From: Bacteroidales bacterium
GTDB taxonomy: Bacteria; Bacteroidota; Bacteroidia; Bacteroidales; FEN-979
NCBI GenBank assembly: GCA_017882335.1
Contig: JADGPR010000002.1
Span: 28,917 to 92,916, forward strand
DNA length: 64,000 nucleotides
Direction: 5' to 3'
Numbering within the stretch: position 1 is the stretch's first letter; each line of letters begins with the position of its first letter. The notes beneath the pieces are model-generated. The model ran no database searches. It was not told the DNA's origin and saw nothing but the letters and a program-made list of their open reading frames with translations. Positions 46,198 to 54,689 of the stretch are shown piece after piece. The translations under genes were made by a program, and so were the position numbers.

Positions 46198-46213
46198 ATT
46201 ATTCTTCCGCCCG

Positions 46214-47635
46214 TCAAACTTTGCTCATATCAATATCAAACTCCATCGGATGTTCCGGTGTGCTGCAGTGGAGAACACATTGTTCACAGATCTGCAGTTC
46301 GCCCTGGAGGCGTTTCTTTACCATGTCTTCAATACGGAAACGCAGTTCCGGAATGGATATTTTGCCTACAATTTCATTGGCAAAGGCAAACATCAGCAGC
46401 ATCCGGGCACTTTCGGGGCCGATCCCACGCTGCATCAGGTAGAACATAGATTCGGTGTCGAGCTGACCGGTGGTGGATCCATGGCCGCATTTGACATCAT
46501 CCGCATAAATTTCCAGGAAGGGCTTTGAATAAATCTTAGCGGTATCTGTCAGCAGGATGTTCCGGTTGCTCTGGGTTGCGTTGGTTTTTTGGGCATCTTT
46601 ACGAACAAAAACATGTCCGTTAAAAACACCGGTTGAACTTTCATCCATGATCCCTTTGAAACTTTCCACGCTTGTGCAATCCGGAGATGCATGATCCACA
46701 TAAACATGGTTGTCGATATGTTGCTTGCGATCCATCAGATACAAGCCGTAAATATTAGCAGTTCCATGAGGACCGTTAAAAAGGACGCTGGTATTGTTCC
46801 GCAGCATTCCCCCGTTCAGGGTAATGAAATTCGAAACGAGTTCAGCATCTTTCTCCAGCTGAAATTCCGTATTGCTGATCAGCGTGGAGTTGTTGTTCAG
46901 ATTCTGCAGCTTGTAATGATCCAGAAAGGCTCCTTCATCGAGGTGGACCTCCGTGACGATATTTGAAAAGCTGGCCTGGTGGTTATACGAATCATCGCAA
47001 TGAACCAGTGAGAGCCGTGCATTTTTTCCCAGCAGGATCAGGTTACGCGACTGGAGGAAAATATTTTCATCATGCTGGATCACATTGATCAGCTGGATGG
47101 GTTTGGGGCTGTGAACATTGTCAGGGACGTAAATAAAAATCCCATCCTGGGCAAAAGCCGTATTGAGGTCGGTAAGGCCATTTTTACCAATGCCGGTATA
47201 TTTTCCATAATGCAGTCCGATGATCTCCGGGTACTCTTTGAATGCCTGTGCAAGGCTTCCCAGGATCATTCCATTCCCCAGCCGGATCAAGGGAACATCT
47301 TTGGAAACATACCAGCCATTTATTTGCCCGATAATTGCGGTATCAAGGTGCGGAATGTTGCAACGGAAGATCTTAAGGGCATCCATCCCGGGCAAGGGAC
47401 GAAAATGATAGTCGTATGTTTTCCCGAGCCATTCCTTCAGGTCGGTATTCCGCCATTCCTCCATCCGGTTATTCGGAAATCCCAGTTCAGCGAAGGAATC
47501 AAATGCTCTCTGCCGGAGCCGGCTGACCGGTTCAGGGTCATTTTTGAAGATCTCCTTCCGGTGTTTCTCAAAAAGGGCGATCATCCTTTCTTTTGTGATG
47601 ATCTCTTTGACCTCTGTTGCCATCTTACCTGTCAT
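46214..47635 (-). CDS. sufD: Fe-S cluster assembly protein SufD
   Basis: Position between sufC and sufS, a beta-helix-type repeat region and a C-terminal ...SMFYLMQRGI...ARMLL motif. Confidence 0.85.
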   Translation of the reverse strand: MTGKMATEVKEIITKERMIALFEKHRKEIFKNDPEPVSRLRQRAFDSFAELGFPNNRMEEWRNTDLKEWLGKTYDYHFRPLPGMDALKIFRCNIPHLDTAIIGQINGWYVSKDVPLIRLGNGMILGSLAQAFKEYPEIIGLHYGKYTGIGKNGLTDLNTAFAQDGIFIYVPDNVHSPKPIQLINVIQHDENIFLQSRNLILLGKNARLSLVHCDDSYNHQASFSNIVTEVHLDEGAFLDHYKLQNLNNNSTLISNTEFQLEKDAELVSNFITLNGGMLRNNTSVLFNGPHGTANIYGLYLMDRKQHIDNHVYVDHASPDCTSVESFKGIMDESSTGVFNGHVFVRKDAQKTNATQSNRNILLTDTAKIYSKPFLEIYADDVKCGHGSTTGQLDTESMFYLMQRGIGPESARMLLMFAFANEIVGKISIPELRFRIEDMVKKRLQGELQICEQCVLHCSTPEHPMEFDIDMSKV

Positions 47636-47649
47636 TATTCCGGAGTGAT

Positions 47650-48402
47650 TTATTCAAATTCTTTTTTGATCCAGTCGTAGCCTTTTTCTTCCAATTCAAG
47701 GGCAAGTTCCTTATTTCCCGACTTGACGATCCTTCCCTCGAAGAGCACATGCACAAAATCGGGAACGATATAATCGAGCAAACGCTGGTAGTGTGTGATG
47801 ATGACGAAGGCATTTTCCTTCGTACGGAGTTTATTCACGCCATTGGCTACGATGCGCAGGGCGTCTATATCCAGCCCGGAATCGGTTTCATCGAGGATCG
47901 CCAGGGTAGGTTCGAGCATGGCCATCTGGAAGATCTCGTTCTTTTTCTTTTCCCCCCCCGAAAATCCCTCATTAACCGAACGGTTGGTCAGGTTCGACTG
48001 GATCTCGACCAGGCGTTTGTTTTCCTCCATCAGTTTCAGGAATTCAACAGCAGGAATAGGATCTAGTCCCTTGTATTTCCGTATTTCATTCACTGCAGTA
48101 CGCATAAAATTCGTGATGCTGACCCCGGGAATCTCAACCGGATACTGGAATCCGATAAATATCCCTTCCCTGGCACGATCCTCAATGGGCAGCTTCAGCA
48201 GGTTCTTCCCTTTATAGGTGATCTCTCCTTCCGTTACTTCAAACACTTCCCTTCCGGCAATCACGGATGCCAGCGTGCTTTTGCCGGTTCCGTTCGGACC
48301 CATGATCGCATGGACCTCTCCTTTTTTCACTTCAAGATTGATCCCCCTCAGTATCTCTTTTCCGTTGATGGAAGCATGAAGGTTTTTAATAGTCAGTAGC
48401 AT
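47650..48402 (-). CDS. sufC: Fe-S cluster assembly ATPase SufC
   Basis: GPNGTGKSTL Walker A, the FSGGEKKK signature and LAILDETDSGLD Walker B. Confidence 0.95.
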   Translation of the reverse strand: MLLTIKNLHASINGKEILRGINLEVKKGEVHAIMGPNGTGKSTLASVIAGREVFEVTEGEITYKGKNLLKLPIEDRAREGIFIGFQYPVEIPGVSITNFMRTAVNEIRKYKGLDPIPAVEFLKLMEENKRLVEIQSNLTNRSVNEGFSGGEKKKNEIFQMAMLEPTLAILDETDSGLDIDALRIVANGVNKLRTKENAFVIITHYQRLLDYIVPDFVHVLFEGRIVKSGNKELALELEEKGYDWIKKEFE

Positions 48403-48423
48403 CTGAGTTGAATTAGGTACATC

Positions 48424-48460
48424 AGTTTATAAAGTTTATAAAGTTTGTAAAGTAAAAAGT
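48424..48460. repeat. AGTTTATAA-word tandem block
   Basis: AGTTTATAA AGTTTATAA AGTTTGTAA AGTAAAAAGT. Confidence 0.85.
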
Positions 48461-48489
48461 CATCAACTATGCATTTACTCATCTTTTAA

Positions 48490-48523
48490 CTCACCACTTC
48501 ACGAGTTCACCAGCTCACCACTT
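48490..48523 (-). repeat. GTGGTGA-word block (sense strand: GTGGTGAG CTGGTGAA CTCGTGAA GTGGTGAG)
   Basis: Four 8-nt units starting 4 nt downstream of the sufB stop. Confidence 0.85.
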
Positions 48524-48526
48524 TTA

Positions 48527-49975
48527 CTAACCAACGCTCCCTTCCAGGCTTATAGAAAGCAGTTTTTGAGCTTCTACCGCGAACTCCATTGGCAGTTGTT
48601 TCAGTACCTCTTTGGCATAGCCGTTTACGATCAGCCCTATGGCGCTTTCCATGCCGATACCCCGCTGCTGGCAATAAAAGAGTTGATCCTCCGATATTTT
48701 TGAAGTAGTTGCTTCATGTTCAACGATGGAAGATTTGTTTTCCACCTGGATGTAAGGAAATGTATGTGCCCCGCATTTATTGCCCAGGAGCAACGAGTCG
48801 CATTGGGAATAATTACGTGAGTTGACGGCATTCTTCGCGATCCTTACCAGTCCGCGGTAACTGTTGTTGCCATGACCGGCCGAGATTCCTTTTGATATGA
48901 TTGTACTTTTTGTGTTTTTTCCAAGATGCTGCATTTTGGTCCCGGTATCGGCCTGCTGCATATTGTTGGTAACGGCTACCGAATAAAATTCGCCCACCGA
49001 GTTATCGCCAAGCAGAATGCAGCTGGGGTACTTCCAGGTAATGGCAGAACCGGTTTCTACCTGTGTCCAGGATATCTTTGAGTTGTTTCCTTTGCAGATG
49101 CCTCTTTTTGTAACGAAGTTGAAGATGCCTCCTTCCCCTTTTTTATTTCCCGGATACCAGTTCTGGACGGTGGAATATTTCACTGAGGCGTCCTTCAGGG
49201 CAATGATCTCAACGATGGCGGCATGAAGCTGGTTTTTGTCACGCTGTGGCGCTGTGCAGCCTTCCATGTAGCTAACGTAAGCACCTTCCTCTGCAATGAT
49301 AAGGGTTCGTTCGAACTGGCCGGTGTTTGCAGCGTTGATCCTGAAGTAGGTGGAAAGTTCAACAGGGCAGCGAACGCCTTTGGGAATAAAGCAGAACGAA
49401 CCGTCGGTGAATACGGCAGAGTTCAGTGTGGCAAAAAAATTATCGGTATAAGGAACTACGGTCCCCATGTATTGTTTTACAAGATCGGGATGTTTCTGAA
49501 CGGCTTCGCTGAAGGAACAAAAGATAATTCCCTGCTTTGAAAGTGTATCGCTGAAGGTAGTCTTGACCGAAACGCTGTCCATCACGGCATCCACGGCTAC
49601 CCCGCTGAGTTTTTTTTGTTCTTCGAGTGAAATGCCAAGCTTGTTGAAGGTATCCAGCAACTCCGGATCAACCTCATCCAGGCCGGAAAGCTGTTTTTTC
49701 TTTTTCGGGGCAGCATAATAAATGATATCCTGGAAATCGATGGGAGCAATTTTCAGGTTGGCCCATCCCGGCATTTTCATGGTCAGCCAGTGACGGTAAG
49801 CTTTCAGGCGGAACTCCAGCATGAATTCCGGTTCGTTCTTTTTTGCAGAAATAAAACGGATGATATCTTCATTCAACCCTTTCGGGGCCATGTCCGTTTC
49901 AATATCCGTAATAAAACCGAATTTATAGTCCCCCTGTGTAAACGAATCTATTATTTTGTTGGAGTCGGATTCCAT
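48527..49975 (-). CDS. sufB: Fe-S cluster assembly protein SufB
   Basis: YKFGF..., [37 protein letters not shown] and [10 protein letters not shown]. Confidence 0.95.
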   Translation of the reverse strand: MESDSNKIIDSFTQGDYKFGFITDIETDMAPKGLNEDIIRFISAKKNEPEFMLEFRLKAYRHWLTMKMPGWANLKIAPIDFQDIIYYAAPKKKKQLSGLDEVDPELLDTFNKLGISLEEQKKLSGVAVDAVMDSVSVKTTFSDTLSKQGIIFCSFSEAVQKHPDLVKQYMGTVVPYTDNFFATLNSAVFTDGSFCFIPKGVRCPVELSTYFRINAANTGQFERTLIIAEEGAYVSYMEGCTAPQRDKNQLHAAIVEIIALKDASVKYSTVQNWYPGNKKGEGGIFNFVTKRGICKGNNSKISWTQVETGSAITWKYPSCILLGDNSVGEFYSVAVTNNMQQADTGTKMQHLGKNTKSTIISKGISAGHGNNSYRGLVRIAKNAVNSRNYSQCDSLLLGNKCGAHTFPYIQVENKSSIVEHEATTSKISEDQLFYCQQRGIGMESAIGLIVNGYAKEVLKQLPMEFAVEAQKLLSISLEGSVG

Positions 49976-49992
49976 TGAAAATCAAATTAGAA

Positions 49993-50000
49993 CAAATCTA
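49993..50000 (-). promoter_or_regulatory. candidate -7 box (TAGATTTG on minus strand) for the suf operon
   Basis: TAnnTTTG match ~18-25 nt upstream of the sufB ATG. Confidence 0.35.
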
Positions 50001-50338
50001 AACACGCATCGTATCAATTGGAAAAACAGCGTATTTGGAATGTAAAGGTACAAATATTCCCCAAGATGGATTCCCGAAAATGTATTTTTAACAAAAGGGT
50101 GCTGGGAAAAGGGGATAGCGTTTTTTACCATTTTCGATAGCTATCGGAAATGCACATTGGGCATATTAGGAGGAGTTGTGAATTGCTTGCAGGTTGCCCT
50201 TTGAGTGCACAATAAGAAACGTAACAGGAAAAAGTCCCAGCATAGTACAACACATTTGCAAACACGCAGACCAAAAGTTCGAAAAAGGTCGCAAATTTGT
50301 CTTTATCATGTACTGTTTTTTTATTGTAAGTTTGATTA

Positions 50339-51022
50339 ATGATTAATAAAGAAAAAAGAAAATACATCCTAGCTTTATTGTTTGTTGTTTTTGCAGGGAT
50401 TACTTCCCTTTATCTCTTTAACGTCAAGCGTTATTCTCTTTTTTATAAATCAAGCTTTTCAATTAAAAATGATGGGCAAATAACAAAAATTCATATTGAG
50501 AAGAAATGCAAAGAGGATTTCGTAATTATTGCTGAAATTTCTAAAAACGATAAATTAATTCTCACTAATTCATGGCATTTAAATTATGAGGTGTTCAAAA
50601 TTGATACAGGAGACGTTAATAATGACAATTCAACTGATATTTTAGTTGGAGTTATTAAATCTACTCGTTTTGATCCTGTTTCAAGAAAAAGACTTTTTAT
50701 TTTTAAATTATTTGAAGGTTATATAAGACCATTGTGGCTTGGTTCGAGGGTATCTCAACCTCTTGTTGATTTTAAATTTGTAAAATGCAAATCAGAAGGA
50801 GTTGTCAGGACCATCGAATCAGAAAAAGACCAATCCTATTTGGTTGCCGAATATCACTGGATTGGTTTTGGATTGGGATTTATGCATTATCTTGGCAGGG
50901 AAAAAACGATCCATCAGGCATATAAAATTCTTAATACAAATGTATATGAACCCAAACGTCAAGGTTTTATTCATGGTACTCGTTTGCATCAGTCTCTGGG
51001 GTTGCCGGCAACCGCTCAATAA
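50339..51022 (+). CDS. membrane-anchored hypothetical protein with FG-GAP/VCBS-like DxNxDxxxD segment
   Basis: N-terminal TM (ILALLFVVFAGITSLYLF) and IDTGDVNNDNSTDILVGV. AT-rich codon usage. Confidence 0.5.
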   Translation: MINKEKRKYILALLFVVFAGITSLYLFNVKRYSLFYKSSFSIKNDGQITKIHIEKKCKEDFVIIAEISKNDKLILTNSWHLNYEVFKIDTGDVNNDNSTDILVGVIKSTRFDPVSRKRLFIFKLFEGYIRPLWLGSRVSQPLVDFKFVKCKSEGVVRTIESEKDQSYLVAEYHWIGFGLGFMHYLGREKTIHQAYKILNTNVYEPKRQGFIHGTRLHQSLGLPATAQ

Positions 51023-53402
51023 GTCAAAATTAACCCGTTTTGATGCATCTTTTGGTCCTTCAATTGTTGTTAGCAACGACATATTTCAAATACCAGGCTC
51101 GCTAGAAAAGGATACCATTTTCAATATAAATCTTAACCAGGATTTATCGGGGAAATCCTTGCCTGAGTTGAGGATCTTAAGAAATTGTGTATTCGCCCGA
51201 CATGGTTATTGTTTTATGGAAGCCGATTTGAGAGGCTATTTTTCTTCACGCACGAAATGGTATGATACGTTGATGGAGAATCAGTTTTACAAACATGAAG
51301 ATGTTGATTTGAATTCATGGATAACGCTTTCTGCAGAAGAGAAAGCCTTTGTTGATAAAACGGTTGAACTGGAAAAAACAGCGTTAAACAGTAACTATAA
51401 AGAAGGGAATAGCAGGAATTTAGCCAATTTACATAATGTGGTTAACCTGTTTCAGTTCGAGAAATTACCTGCTGAATTTCTTCATAAACTGGATCAGAAT
51501 AATTTTACGCTGATCCCAAGTGATAAGATCCAGCTATTCCATGGATATGAAGAAAATGATTATAAGGAAATCCCGAATTTCGTCACGACGGATCTTTATT
51601 TGCAGCTTTTCCATATGTACTTTTCGTACCTGATGAAATCCATCGAAACGGAGAAACTCATTCCGATTGTAAAGAATCTTAGTCAGGGAATTTATAAAGA
51701 ATGTAATAAAATTGCCATTTCCACAAAGAATAATCAATTGAAAGATATTGCTGAGTATTGCGAAGTCTATGCAGCCATACCTGATTTTTTAATTTCTGGG
51801 AATAAACAAATCATTCCTGCAAAATACAGAAATGATTTCAGCCGTGAAATCATTAGTATTAACCAGGCTCAGGATGCTACTTCTGATTTCCTGAACTATC
51901 CATTAATTGAGTTTCCTTACAGTCTGTTCAAACCCCGTGGAAATTATACCCGGACCCCGGAGCTGACAAGCTATTTTAAAGCCATGATGTGGCTTCAGCT
52001 TGCCCCATTCTGCCGGGAAGATAAAACGCAGCTGACCAGGGCCGTTTTCATTGCTTATGTTCTGAATAATGGGAAAACATCTGACGATATTGCTTTATCA
52101 ACATTATACAGGAATTTATATGAACCCGTGTCATTCCTTATTGGTGAACCTGATAACTTGTCGGTTCTCGATATTGCGGATTTTATAAAGAAGGAAGGTA
52201 TATTGAGTGAGGAAGAAGCAATCAATGCTAAGACCATTGAAAAAGTGGATAAGTACTTGAATCAAATAAAGGAGGCGAAGAACCGCATCAAGCCTAAAAT
52301 ACAAAAAACATGCACTGATAAAATCAACTTCATGCCACAGCGATACTTGGTTGATAATGAGATTCTGCAGGAGTTGGTTGATGTGAAGCCCAATGCTGCC
52401 CGGGCTTACCCGAAGGGACTGGACCTGTTCGCAGCATTCGGGGTTTCCTTGGCGGAAAACATTTTGATCAACACATACAAGGAAGGGGAACAATGGGTGA
52501 AGTATACTTCAAACTTAAAAGAACTGAAGGGGAAATTTGCTGATTACAAGAGCTGGAATAATGCAGTCTATAACAAATGGCTGGATTGTTTGTTTACATT
52601 AAATTCAGGAGATAAAGACTATCCTTCCTATATGCAGACCGAAGCCTGGGGTAAGAAAAATTTGAATACTTCACTGGCTTCCTGGGCTGAACTTAAACAC
52701 GATGCGATCCTGTATGGTGAGCAACCGATGGCTGCAGAGTGCGGAGGGGGCGGACCTCCACCGCCAATTGTTGTCGGATATGTGGAACCCAATCTGAAAT
52801 TCTGGAAAAAAATAATTGAACTGCTCCAACTTACAGAAAATATGCTGGAACGGAACCAGCTTTATTCTTCCGATATACGTTTAATAACAAAAAGTACACG
52901 GGAAGAGGCTGAATTTTTACTTTCCGCTTCCGAAAGAGAGTTGAAAGGTGAACAATTAAAAGAACAGGAATATTGGACCATTAAAGCAATCGGTGCAAGT
53001 TTTGAGAATCTGTCCTTATCAATTGTTGAGCCTAAGAAATACTTACAGAATTGGGAAAATGTCCAGGGGCCGGATAAATCAGTCGCTATTGTTGCAGATA
53101 TTTATACACGTAATGTCGACTTTTGTCCTAAAGACGGAATCCTCCATGTTGCAACTGGAAAGGTTAATGATATTTATGTTATAGTAAATATCGGAGGATA
53201 TCTTTATTTGACCAAGGGAGCATCATTCAGTTATTTTGAATTTGTTCGTCCACTTGATGTCAGGCTGACCGATGAGGAATGGCAGGAAATTCTTGAAAAG
53301 AAAGAAACTCCGTCCTACCCGGTTTGGATGGAGGATATCATGTACCGGGATCCGAATAAACCGAAAGCAGATGAGAAAGCATTTTATAGTTCGGGATGTT
53401 AG
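50946..53402 (+). CDS. lipoprotein with YARHG-type domain and large DUF3160-like domain
   Basis: The start at MNPNVKVLFMVLVCISLWGC gives a lipobox. LRILRNCVFARHGYCF is the YARHG motif. The remaining ~650 aa resemble my recollection of DUF3160 (not searched). The ORF-track start at 50802 lies inside the previous gene. Confidence 0.55.
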   Translation: MNPNVKVLFMVLVCISLWGCRQPLNKSKLTRFDASFGPSIVVSNDIFQIPGSLEKDTIFNINLNQDLSGKSLPELRILRNCVFARHGYCFMEADLRGYFSSRTKWYDTLMENQFYKHEDVDLNSWITLSAEEKAFVDKTVELEKTALNSNYKEGNSRNLANLHNVVNLFQFEKLPAEFLHKLDQNNFTLIPSDKIQLFHGYEENDYKEIPNFVTTDLYLQLFHMYFSYLMKSIETEKLIPIVKNLSQGIYKECNKIAISTKNNQLKDIAEYCEVYAAIPDFLISGNKQIIPAKYRNDFSREIISINQAQDATSDFLNYPLIEFPYSLFKPRGNYTRTPELTSYFKAMMWLQLAPFCREDKTQLTRAVFIAYVLNNGKTSDDIALSTLYRNLYEPVSFLIGEPDNLSVLDIADFIKKEGILSEEEAINAKTIEKVDKYLNQIKEAKNRIKPKIQKTCTDKINFMPQRYLVDNEILQELVDVKPNAARAYPKGLDLFAAFGVSLAENILINTYKEGEQWVKYTSNLKELKGKFADYKSWNNAVYNKWLDCLFTLNSGDKDYPSYMQTEAWGKKNLNTSLASWAELKHDAILYGEQPMAAECGGGGPPPPIVVGYVEPNLKFWKKIIELLQLTENMLERNQLYSSDIRLITKSTREEAEFLLSASERELKGEQLKEQEYWTIKAIGASFENLSLSIVEPKKYLQNWENVQGPDKSVAIVADIYTRNVDFCPKDGILHVATGKVNDIYVIVNIGGYLYLTKGASFSYFEFVRPLDVRLTDEEWQEILEKKETPSYPVWMEDIMYRDPNKPKADEKAFYSSGC

Positions 53403-54352
53403 GTAGATACGTTAATACCTGTATTTTTCTTTGTTTGATGAGTTGTTCAGGTTGTCATGATACAAATAAGGACTCACTTAAAATATGCTTTACCGGTGAT
53501 TTATTGTTAGACCGGGGTGTCAGGCAAAGAATTGAACATTCAGGTATAGATACGATCTTTTCAAATGTTTCATCCTTATTTCAAAGTTCAGATGCAGTAA
53601 TTGCAAACCTCGAATGCGCGGTAACTTACAGGCAGACTCCAATTAATAAGAGATTTATCTTCAGGGGGGATCCAAAGTGGTTAGGTTCCTTAAAAAATGC
53701 CGGTATTACGCATTTAACCATGGCAAATAATCATATTTATGATCAGGGCAGGGATGGAATAACAAATACCTATAAGCAATTGATCAATCATAAGTTAATT
53801 CCGATTGGCTTTGGTTATAAACATGCTGAAGCTTGCCTCCCGGTTATCATTAAAAAAGGGAAAATACAAGTGGCAATCTTTAATTCTGTTTTTATGCCAT
53901 TGGAAAATTTTCCTTTCCTTCCCGATAAACCCTGTATCTGCCAGGCTGATCCGGATGAACTGGCAAATGCAGTTGCTGATTATAAATTATCACATCCCAA
54001 CACTTTTGTAGTTGTCGTCTTGCATTGGGGTTTTGAATATAAGGCAGTACCTGAGCCAAGTCAAAGAGCCGAAGCCGCTAAATTGATTGAATCCGGAGCA
54101 GACGCAATTATTGGGCATCATCCCCATGTTATTCAATCCATCGAATTCATCAAAAAGAAACCTGTGATCTATAGCCTGGGTAATTTTGTTTTTGATTCCC
54201 AGAGACCGGAAGCATCACAAGGCTTAATTATTCAGCTGATGTTTTCAAAAAATAATATTTCAATCAAAGGATTCAGAATAATAATCAGGGACTGCATTCC
54301 GGTAATTACAATGAGAGATGTCAAGATAGAACATGGGATGCGGAGTTTATAA
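53396..54352 (+). CDS. CapA-family (PGA_cap) metallophosphoesterase-like lipoprotein
   Basis: FTGDLLLDRG, ANLECAV, LTMANNHIYDQG, VVLHWGFEY and GADAIIGHHPHVIQ. The ATG overlaps the upstream stop (ATGTTAG). Confidence 0.75.
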   Translation: MLGRYVNTCIFLCLMSCSGCHDTNKDSLKICFTGDLLLDRGVRQRIEHSGIDTIFSNVSSLFQSSDAVIANLECAVTYRQTPINKRFIFRGDPKWLGSLKNAGITHLTMANNHIYDQGRDGITNTYKQLINHKLIPIGFGYKHAEACLPVIIKKGKIQVAIFNSVFMPLENFPFLPDKPCICQADPDELANAVADYKLSHPNTFVVVVLHWGFEYKAVPEPSQRAEAAKLIESGADAIIGHHPHVIQSIEFIKKKPVIYSLGNFVFDSQRPEASQGLIIQLMFSKNNISIKGFRIIIRDCIPVITMRDVKIEHGMRSL

Positions 54353-54537
54353 CAATACGTAGATTTGTTTATTCCTTACGGGAAAAGGTTTCACCGGGTT
54401 ATTTTTACCTATTGACATTATTTCCCTATGGGAAAATTTTTCAAATGATCATTATCACAGTTTTTATTACGGACATTCTGAAAGATGAGAAAAACAATTA
54501 ACCGGTACACATAATTTTGAAAGAGAAATAGGGGGTG

Positions 54538-54560
54538 CGGCGGAGTTGCAAACTCCGCCG
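54538..54560. other. perfect 10-bp GC-rich hairpin
   Basis: CGGCGGAGTT-GCA-AACTCCGCCG. No U-run follows it. Confidence 0.7.
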
Positions 54561-54689
54561 AGCGCAGGTCGAATAATTAATAGGGCAAATTATCATTATT
54601 AACGTGGAATCCCTTCGGGATTTAATATGATTATCCGCAAGTTCAGATGAGTTAACCAAAAAAAATCCGAATTTTGCAGAAAAGATTCT

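Noticed and set aside
8666-48523. Whether the many short tandem repeat blocks could be CRISPR arrays.
   Set aside because: The units are only 7-10 nt, directly abutting without unique 25-40 nt spacers, and degenerate between units. No cas genes are present in the window.
50125-50367. An 80-aa minus-strand ORF in the sufB / islet spacer.
   Set aside because: It has odd Cys/Tyr-rich composition, overlaps the start of the plus-strand islet gene, and has no signal of a start context. It is likely spurious.
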